From the NCBI GenBank assembly GCA_016223045.1, contig JACRPT010000152.1:1-61351 (forward strand): 61,351 nt of DNA, in the 5' to 3' direction. The DNA comes from Candidatus Eiseniibacteriota bacterium (GTDB lineage: Bacteria; Eisenbacteria; RBG-16-71-46). The notes under the pieces are model-generated. The model had not been told where the DNA came from. It saw nothing but the letters and a program-made list of their open reading frames with translations, and did not search any database. Both the position numbers and the translations under genes were made by a program. Below, piece by piece: positions 53,140 through 61,351 of this stretch. How positions within the stretch are numbered: the stretch's first letter is position 1; each line of letters starts with the position of its first letter.

Positions 53140-55278
53140 ATGCGCCGCATCTGCTGGCTGCTCGCCCTCATGATCGCGTTGATCCCCAGCGCATCTCAGG
53201 CCATCCAGCTCCGCTGGAGCTCAGGTGGCACGTCTCTCAGCTTCACCTCTGCGACACGATGCACTCTGGTTGTTGAGGCCGACTCTGCTGAACAAACCCT
53301 GTCCCGGGAATGGCGGCTGCTGTGGGCCGCAGACAGCAGCTCGATCCAGCCACTGGCCCTTGGTGCGGAGCTGGCCTGCCAGGAGGCCATCGCCCAGGTC
53401 TCTGGAATTGACCTCCCCACGACCCGCGCCGACAGTGCCGCCAATCTGACCACCGCGCACTTTTGCGTGGCTGGCAGCAGCGCCCCCTCCGGGGCACAGT
53501 ACGTCCTCGACCTGCCGGTCGGGACCAGGGGCAAGCTCAAAGTCGTGGCCCTCGACCCGAACGACCCCGACTCCAGCCGCGTCATCGAGTCGAACGAGGT
53601 GACGTACAATGGAGGCCTCGCAGGCAGCTACCCGCCGGTCGTCCTTCACGCTTCGAGCGTTCACCAGTCGCTCCAACTCCGGGTCACGGCGGTCGGCTCC
53701 GGTCTGAGCACGGCAAGTTCGATGAGCATCGTGGCTCTGGATTCCTCCTGGACCCTGCCGCTCACCGTCACGGCGCGGAGCGACGGGTCGCTCATGGGCG
53801 CCGCTTCTGTTGCAGCCCTCCTGCCGGCCAGCCAGGCAAGCGTCGGGTCGGAGAGTGGCGCAGTGTCGGCGGCCTCTCTTGCGGCGGACGAGGAGCCTGG
53901 GTCGCTCAGTCCGCAAGGATGCCAGGGGCAGTTCAATGAGGAGCTACTCCTGCCTCCGCCGCCCCTGCACGGCTACACGATTCAGCCGAAGGACTTCGCC
54001 TTCACCCGGGGCTTCGTGGACCAGTCCAGCAATCGGTTCGCGCTGCACCTGTTCTACATCCGCCACAACTACTGGTACTACCCGCCGCCGCCCGCGATTC
54101 AGCATCCGGAACTCGACGAGAAGAACCTCGGCCACATCTGGACGACCGACTTCAACTCCTGGTACGGACCCGGCGGACTGAACAAGCCCGACACCGTCGC
54201 GCTCACTGTCCGGTCGGGCAAGTTCGATGAGTTCCACGTGTGGGCGCCAACGATCGTCCAGCGGGGCCCGACGTTCTGGATGTTCTACACGGGTGTCAGG
54301 GACGAAGGTGGGCGCCGGAACCAGCGCATCGGGGTGGCGACCTCGACCGACCTCAACACGTGGACGCCCAACGACAATCCGGTGCTGACCGCGCCGGACG
54401 TCCCATGGGCCAGGAAGAACCCGACGGCCTACGACGGCCAGCAGCTCCGGGATCCCTTCGTCATGGAGGATCCGGTCAACTCCGGCCAGTGGCTCATGTA
54501 CTTTGTCTCGGTAGACTCGCTGACGGGGAGCAAGATGGCGGTCGGTGTGGCAAGGTCCCTTGGCGATTTCGCCACGTGGGCGGCCGCCCCCGATTCTCTG
54601 GGCAGCACGCAGAAGCCCACCTTCCAAGGCACGACGACCATCGTCGAATCGCCGCACGTCTTCCGGCGTCACGGGCAGTGGTGGATGCCGTACACGGTTG
54701 GCGGCGACCAGGTGTTCTTCGAGACCACCGCCAGCGCCGACCCGACGGACGCGACGACCGAGCATTGGACCGATCCGATCTGGCTGCGGGGCGTCGCGGA
54801 GGGGCAACCGACGGAGCTTCAGTACTGGCATGCGAGCGAGTACCTCCGGATCAATTCGACCGAGTACCTGGCCGCCTTCAACGACAACGCGAGCTCGATC
54901 GACATCAAGGGCATGTTCGCGCCTGCGAACGCGGCGGTGGACAGCTTCCTGCTCTATTGCCCGCCGATCGCCGGCGTCGCCGACCGGGATGGCTCCGGCA
55001 ACGGAGTGCGCATGGCGATCTCGCGCCTGCGGTGGGGCGCCCCCGAAGTGGGCCTGCGGCTCGAGCTGCCTTCGCGGATGCCGGTGCGGCTCGCCGTCTA
55101 CGACATCGCGGGACGCCGACGTTCGACACTCCTCGATCGAGAGCTGCCGGGTGGCGTAACCGAGGTGACGTGGGACGGGCGCGACGACAGCGGCGTGCGG
55201 GTGGCGAGCGGGATGTACTTCATCCGACTCACCTACACGAGGGGCGCCCGGGTCTCCAGGCTCGTGATGCTCCGGTAG
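53140..55278 (+). CDS. Secreted five-bladed beta-propeller glycoside hydrolase (GH32/GH43-like) with a FlgD-Ig CTD
   Basis: AGGAGG RBS; signal peptide; WAP.IV, MFYTG, IGVATS.DL..W, RDPFV, ESP; VYDIAGRR...WDGRD..G..VASG.YF.RL. Confidence 0.78.
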   Translation: MRRICWLLALMIALIPSASQAIQLRWSSGGTSLSFTSATRCTLVVEADSAEQTLSREWRLLWAADSSSIQPLALGAELACQEAIAQVSGIDLPTTRADSAANLTTAHFCVAGSSAPSGAQYVLDLPVGTRGKLKVVALDPNDPDSSRVIESNEVTYNGGLAGSYPPVVLHASSVHQSLQLRVTAVGSGLSTASSMSIVALDSSWTLPLTVTARSDGSLMGAASVAALLPASQASVGSESGAVSAASLAADEEPGSLSPQGCQGQFNEELLLPPPPLHGYTIQPKDFAFTRGFVDQSSNRFALHLFYIRHNYWYYPPPPAIQHPELDEKNLGHIWTTDFNSWYGPGGLNKPDTVALTVRSGKFDEFHVWAPTIVQRGPTFWMFYTGVRDEGGRRNQRIGVATSTDLNTWTPNDNPVLTAPDVPWARKNPTAYDGQQLRDPFVMEDPVNSGQWLMYFVSVDSLTGSKMAVGVARSLGDFATWAAAPDSLGSTQKPTFQGTTTIVESPHVFRRHGQWWMPYTVGGDQVFFETTASADPTDATTEHWTDPIWLRGVAEGQPTELQYWHASEYLRINSTEYLAAFNDNASSIDIKGMFAPANAAVDSFLLYCPPIAGVADRDGSGNGVRMAISRLRWGAPEVGLRLELPSRMPVRLAVYDIAGRRRSTLLDRELPGGVTEVTWDGRDDSGVRVASGMYFIRLTYTRGARVSRLVMLR

Positions 55279-55291
55279 CCGGCGGGTTCAA

Positions 55292-57985
55292 ATGGCGAAG
55301 ATCCAGCTCTGCATCTTGCTCAGCATCGGCCTGCTGGCGACAGGCATCACGCCTGTCATCGCGAACAGCCAGGAGGTATCCACATGGCGCGCAGCGCCCG
55401 TGGATACCTCCCGGGCGCTTGGACCCGACGGCCTCTGGAACGATCGCCCGCTGTGGTCCCGGGGCGATCCTCGCCTGCGCCGGCGGGCCGGCCCGGGAGC
55501 AGACCAGCCCCTGTCGGCGAGTCCATCGACAACGACTTCTCGAAGGGCCTGGACCCAATCTGCGGGCCAGCTGGTCGCGGACCCGAACCTGTGGGGGGCG
55601 GACGGCAACGTCCTCGACATCGCCCGCTCGGGGAACACGCTCTACATCGCCGGCTCGTTCCGCTCGGTGGGCGAGAATAGTGGCGGCTTCGTGCCGATCG
55701 ACGCCCGGACCGCGGAGGCGCTGGGGCCCTTTCCGAAGGTCGCGGGGTCGGTGGCCGTGATCTTGCCCGACAGTTCTGGTGGTTGGTACATCGGGGGCGA
55801 GTTCACTGCCGTCGCGGGGAAGCCGCGCTCCTCCCTGGCGCAGATCCGGGCCGACGGATCGGTGACGGACTGGAATCCGAGCGTGACGGGGTCTCCAGGG
55901 TACATCGATCCCCCCGCCGTTGTTGCGATGGCAATCTACCGCAACCGACTCTTCGTGGGTGGCGCGTTTCGAGAGATCGGCGGGCAGCCGCACGAGAACC
56001 TCGGCTGCGTGGACGTGCGGACCGGCGCGGTGCTCGACTGGAATCTCGACACCAACGTCGACGGATGGGTGTCCGCGTTCGCCGTCCACGACAGCACGGT
56101 CTTCGTGGGGGGCACCTTCACCACCGTTGGTGGTCAGGCGCGCAGTTACCTAGCGGCCCTCGATGCCACCACCGGTGCGCTGACGCCTTGGCAGGCGAAC
56201 CCAGACTACAGCGTGCTGACTATGCTCGTCCGCGAGGACACCTTGCTCGCAGGTGGTCAGTTCGGCTGGATCGCCGGGAGCATTCGGCCCTATCTGGCGG
56301 CCCTGGACGTCCACACCGCGCAGCTGCTGCCTTTCAATGCCGATGTGCGAGGGATCTATGTGGACTACACCCCGACCCCCCGCGTGAGCGGCCTGGCGCT
56401 GGTGGGTGACACCCTCTATGCAGCGGGGAACTTCACTCAGATCGGAAGAGCGGCGCGGTCAAGCCTTGCGGCGCTCAACGCGACGACGGGGGACGCGCTC
56501 CCATGGGTGCCGCCAGCTCTGGGGCCGCAGTACGACGGCTTTCCACCGCCGCTCTGCGGAATGGTGGCCGTAAGCGACGGAACGGTGTACGTCGGAGGCT
56601 GGTTCGAGACCGTCGGCGGGGAGAGTCGTCCGTTCGTAGCCGCGCTCGACAGGGAGACGGGAGCCCCGACGACATGGAATCCCAAGCCCAATCTGCCAGT
56701 TTCTGCAGTCGTCACAAGGGGCGACACGGTGTACATGGGCGGGATCTTCAGCCTGGTAGGTGAATGGAGGCACCGCGCGGGGTTGGCCGCGATCGACCTC
56801 ACCAGCGGGATCGTGAGACCCTGGAATCCGAATCCGAATGGGTCGGTCGTCACGGCGGTGCTGGTGGACCGCGGCCGGGTGTTCGTCAGCGGGGGTTTCA
56901 CCAGCATTGGCGGGCAGCCGCTGCCGCGCAGCCACTTCGCTGCGCTGGACACGATCAATGGGGAAGCGACCGACTGGAACCCAGGCGCCAACGGGCTCGC
57001 CGACGCTCTACTCATGGTCGGCGACACCCTGTACGCGGGCGGGTACTTCACCCAGGTCGGGGGGCAGACGAGGAACTACCTCGCCGCGATGAACGCCAGC
57101 ACCGGAGAGGTCACCGCCTGGGATGCAAACGCGAGCTGGCCGGTGCTCGCGCTGGCGCGAAGCGGGAACACGCTCTACGCGGGCGGGCTCTTCCAGCAGA
57201 TGGGTGGCCAGTGGCGCCGGGGGATCGCTGCGGTGGACGCCACCACGGGAGCGCTCACCCCGTGGAATCCCGACACGGACTACGGCTTCGTCGAGGCGAT
57301 CGTTGTGGGCGGGAACACAGTCTACGCGGGCGGGGTGTTCCATCAGATTGGAGGGCAGGCCCGGAAGAGCCTTGCCGCTCTCGATATCGTCAGCGGGGCG
57401 GCCACCGCTTGGGATCCCCATCCGACGGAATGGGACGTGACAAACCCACGGATCTACGCCATGGCCCTCTGCGACTCGGTTCTCTACGTAGGGGGCAGTT
57501 TCGCCAGCATCGGCGGGCAGCCGCGCATCTGTCTGGCCGCGGTAGACACCGCGACCGGTCTCGCCACCGACTGGGATCCCGGGACGGACGGCCGCGTCTG
57601 GTCGCTCACGGCGGAGGGAAACACCATCTATGCCGGCGGAGGCTTCACGCGCGCCGGCGGGCTTCCTGCCGTGGGGCTGGCGGCTTTCTCGCTTCCCGAG
57701 GAGCCGCTGCCAACGCCGGTTCCCTTCGCACTGGCCCAGAGCATCCCGAACCCGGCACATTCGAGCGCGATCATCCGCTTCGCGTTGCCGGAGGCGGCGC
57801 CCGTGACCCTGTCGGTCTATGACCTCCAGGGCCGCCGTGTCGCGACCCTGCTCGATCACGTCTTGCAGGCGGCAGGTCGCCACGACGTGCCCGTGCAAGC
57901 CGACCGGTGGAAGCCCGGCGTCTACCTCTACCGTCTCGAGGCCAGAGGTCGGTCGGCCACCCGGAAGATGGTGGTCGTGGAATAG
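55292..57985 (+). CDS. Secreted beta-propeller repeat protein with a T9SS-like/FlgD CTD
   Basis: Many repeats of GxTLYxGGxFxxIGGxxRxxLAAxDxxTGxxxxWNP; FALAQS.PNP...VYDLQGRRVATL. Confidence 0.85.
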   Translation: MAKIQLCILLSIGLLATGITPVIANSQEVSTWRAAPVDTSRALGPDGLWNDRPLWSRGDPRLRRRAGPGADQPLSASPSTTTSRRAWTQSAGQLVADPNLWGADGNVLDIARSGNTLYIAGSFRSVGENSGGFVPIDARTAEALGPFPKVAGSVAVILPDSSGGWYIGGEFTAVAGKPRSSLAQIRADGSVTDWNPSVTGSPGYIDPPAVVAMAIYRNRLFVGGAFREIGGQPHENLGCVDVRTGAVLDWNLDTNVDGWVSAFAVHDSTVFVGGTFTTVGGQARSYLAALDATTGALTPWQANPDYSVLTMLVREDTLLAGGQFGWIAGSIRPYLAALDVHTAQLLPFNADVRGIYVDYTPTPRVSGLALVGDTLYAAGNFTQIGRAARSSLAALNATTGDALPWVPPALGPQYDGFPPPLCGMVAVSDGTVYVGGWFETVGGESRPFVAALDRETGAPTTWNPKPNLPVSAVVTRGDTVYMGGIFSLVGEWRHRAGLAAIDLTSGIVRPWNPNPNGSVVTAVLVDRGRVFVSGGFTSIGGQPLPRSHFAALDTINGEATDWNPGANGLADALLMVGDTLYAGGYFTQVGGQTRNYLAAMNASTGEVTAWDANASWPVLALARSGNTLYAGGLFQQMGGQWRRGIAAVDATTGALTPWNPDTDYGFVEAIVVGGNTVYAGGVFHQIGGQARKSLAALDIVSGAATAWDPHPTEWDVTNPRIYAMALCDSVLYVGGSFASIGGQPRICLAAVDTATGLATDWDPGTDGRVWSLTAEGNTIYAGGGFTRAGGLPAVGLAAFSLPEEPLPTPVPFALAQSIPNPAHSSAIIRFALPEAAPVTLSVYDLQGRRVATLLDHVLQAAGRHDVPVQADRWKPGVYLYRLEARGRSATRKMVVVE

Positions 57986-57987
57986 CT

Positions 57988-58215
57988 CGGTTCTCGCTCA
58001 CCGCCTCCGCGCTCGTGAGCCTCGTGGTCCACGACCTCCAAGGCTGACGGATAGCAACGCTGCTCGACCACGAGTCGCAACAAGCAGGCCCACACGAAGT
58101 GCCGATCCGCGTCGAGGGCTGGCAGGTGGGCTGCTACTCCTGCCGGCTGAAGGCAGGGGACACGACGGCGGCGCGGAAGATGTCGGCTGTGAAACAGGAG
58201 CACCGATCGACTTGA
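57988..58215 (+). pseudogene. Orphan degenerate copy of a T9SS-like/FlgD CTD
   Basis: RFSL....VSLVVHDLQG*RIATLLDH..Q.AG.HEVP....W..GCY..RL......RKM; TGA at 58045-47; not in the ORF track. Confidence 0.75.
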
Positions 58216-58226
58216 CTTCCTGTGCC

Positions 58227-59481
<1,255 letters not shown>

Positions 59482-59539
59482 GCGCCTTCCCCCGGCCGGC
59501 CGCGGCGCGGCCGGCCCACACGACCCCGAGGATGACCGA

Positions 59540-59869
59540 ATGTTCCTGGTGACCGACGCACTGGCGCAGGGGGCGGGCTCCGGCTCGCCCAACCCCACGC
59601 TCACGCTGCTCCTGCAGATGCTGCAGTTCGCGCCGATCTTCCTGATCCTCTACTTCCTGCTGATCCGCCCGCAGCAGCAGCAGGCGAAGAAGCTCAAGCA
59701 GATGATCGCCGCGCTCAAGAAGGGCGACAAGGTGGTCACGTCGGGCGGGATCGTCGGCACCGTGGTGGGTCTCGACGACGCCAGGGTCGTGCTGCGCGTC
59801 GCCGAGGACGTCAAGCTGGAGTTCGTGAAGAGCGCGGTGGTCCAGGTGGTGGCGGAGCCCGCGAAGTGA
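59540..59869 (+). CDS. yajC: Preprotein translocase subunit YajC
   Basis: YFLLIRPQ, LKKGDKVVT.GGI.G; follows tgt. Confidence 0.95.
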   Translation: MFLVTDALAQGAGSGSPNPTLTLLLQMLQFAPIFLILYFLLIRPQQQQAKKLKQMIAALKKGDKVVTSGGIVGTVVGLDDARVVLRVAEDVKLEFVKSAVVQVVAEPAK

Positions 59870-60414
59870 GCATCCGTCCGGTCCGCATCTACGGCGACCC
59901 GGCGCTGCGCACGCGCGCGGCCGAGGTCGGCGCACCGGACGAGACCCTGCGCGGGCTGGTGCAGGACCTGCGGGACACCATGAAGGCCTACAGCGGCGTG
60001 GGCCTGGCCGCGAACCAGGTCGGCGTGCTCCATCGCGTGTTCGTGGTGGACGTGCCGCTCGACGACGAGGAACGCGCGGCGTTCGCGCTGGTGGACCCGG
60101 TAATCGTGAGCCGCTCCGGCTCGCAGCGCGCCGAGGAGGGCTGCCTCTCTATCCCCGGCGTGTGGGAGGACGTGACGCGCTCGCGGGTCGTCCGGATCAC
60201 CGGGCTCGACGAGTTCGGCAAGCCGGTGGAGATCGAGGCCGACGGCTACCTGGCGCGCGCCATCCAGCACGAGGTGGACCACCTGGACGGCGTGCTCTTC
60301 GTGGACCGGCTGATGCCGCTGCGGCGGCAATTCCTCAAGCGCCAGCTCGAGGCGCTGGCGCGCGGCGAGCTGCCCGAGGACTACCAGCCGCCCGCCGGGG
60401 GAGAACCGTGCTGA
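59866..60414 (+). CDS. def: Peptide deformylase
   Basis: GVGLAANQVG, EGCLSIP, QHEVDHLDG. Confidence 0.96.
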   Translation: MSIRPVRIYGDPALRTRAAEVGAPDETLRGLVQDLRDTMKAYSGVGLAANQVGVLHRVFVVDVPLDDEERAAFALVDPVIVSRSGSQRAEEGCLSIPGVWEDVTRSRVVRITGLDEFGKPVEIEADGYLARAIQHEVDHLDGVLFVDRLMPLRRQFLKRQLEALARGELPEDYQPPAGGEPC

Positions 60415-61351
60415 GCCGCCCGCGCGTGGTGTTCATGGGCACGCCGGAGTTCGCGGTGCCCGCCCTGAAGGCGGTGGCCGGCGCCTGCGAGGTGGCCGCG
60501 GTGGTGACGCAGCCCGACCGCCCGCGCGGCCGCGGCCGCGAGCTGGCCGAGTCGCCGGTGGCCGCGGAGGCCGCGCGGCTCGGGCTCGCGGTGGTGAAGC
60601 CCGCCGACCTGCGCGCCGACGAGGTGCGCGCGTCGCTCGCCGCGCTGGCGCCCGACCTGTTCGCGGTGGTGGCGTTCGGCGCCATCCTCTCGCCGGCGCT
60701 GCTGGCGGTGCCGCGGCTCGGCAGCATCAACCTGCACGGCTCGATGCTCCCCGAGTACCGCGGCGCCTCGCCGGTGCAGCGCGCGTTGTGGGAGGGCCGC
60801 GCCTGGACCGGCGTGACCACGCTGTTCATGGACGAGGACATCGATACCGGCGACTGCGTGCTGCAGCGCTGGCTCGCCATCGAAGCCGCCGACAACGCCG
60901 GGACGCTGGCCGCGAAGCTCGCCGGGCTCGGGGCGCCGCTGCTGGCCGAGAGCCTGCTGCTGGCGCACGCGGGCCGCGCGCCGCGCCGCCCGCAGGACCG
61001 CGCCGCCGGCTCGTACGCGCGCAAGCTCGCCAAGTCCGACGGGCTGGTGGACTGGGGGCACGACGCCGTGACCGTGTGGAACCGCCAGCGCGCGGTGACG
61101 CCGTGGCCCGGCGCCACCACCGGCTTCGAGGGCCGGCGCCTGCTGGTGACGCGGGCGTGGCCGCACCACGCTCTGGCGGTGAAGGAAGGCGCGGGCACGG
61201 TGCTGGCGGTGACGCACCAGGGCGTGATGGTGGCGTGCGCTCCCGGCGGGCTGGTGCTCGAGCGCGTGAAGCCCGAAGGGCGCGGCGAGATGACCGCGGC
61301 CGAGTGGGCGCGCGGCGCGCGCGTCGCCGCCGGCGCGCGGCTCGCGCTCGA
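60408..61351 (+). CDS. fmt: Methionyl-tRNA formyltransferase (runs off the window end)
   Basis: GTG 60408: VFMGTPEFA, VVTQPDRP.GRG, INLHGS.LP.YRGASP; not in the ORF track because there is no stop in the window. Confidence 0.95.
   Translation, partial: MLSRPRVVFMGTPEFAVPALKAVAGACEVAAVVTQPDRPRGRGRELAESPVAAEAARLGLAVVKPADLRADEVRASLAALAPDLFAVVAFGAILSPALLAVPRLGSINLHGSMLPEYRGASPVQRALWEGRAWTGVTTLFMDEDIDTGDCVLQRWLAIEAADNAGTLAAKLAGLGAPLLAESLLLAHAGRAPRRPQDRAAGSYARKLAKSDGLVDWGHDAVTVWNRQRAVTPWPGATTGFEGRRLLVTRAWPHHALAVKEGAGTVLAVTHQGVMVACAPGGLVLERVKPEGRGEMTAAEWARGARVAAGARLAL

Noticed and set aside
55560-57690. DNA-level repeat array or diversity-generating retroelement
   Set aside because: The repeats are diverged beta-propeller blades at protein level, and no reverse transcriptase is present.

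Overview
High-GC bacterial chromosome segment. The secreted-protein tails suggest an FCB-related lineage such as Ca. Eisenbacteria; this is inference only. Left to right: a surface-polysaccharide locus (1-14 kb); khpA-rimM-trmD-[lipoprotein]-rplS-rnhB-yraN; ugtP-like GT and sdpR/sdpI; a B12 acyl-CoA mutase cluster (meaB, Icm-type large subunit, small subunit with a histone-like tail) containing a 196-bp MITE; a ~7.3-kb island (31-38 kb) bounded by a ~396-bp duplication of a FIST gene 3' end, carrying comM/HTH junction relics and a 1360-aa secreted metalloprotease; a thiolase/hbd/acyl-CoA dehydrogenase operon; two lamin-tail-domain secreted proteins; acpS-biotin carboxylase-BCCP-MCM-epimerase; a second accessory block of secreted proteins preceded by a structured intergenic region; and tgt-yajC-def-fmt. 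Best candidate for an undescribed system: a short C-terminal tail (P-x4-TWG-x-[ILV]-[KR]-x-x-YR) found on five ORFs from four unrelated families, coexisting with FlgD-Ig/T9SS-like C-terminal domains. Also notable: three otherwise intact genes each carry a single in-frame TAG. All calls come from reading the sequence by hand; no searches were run.
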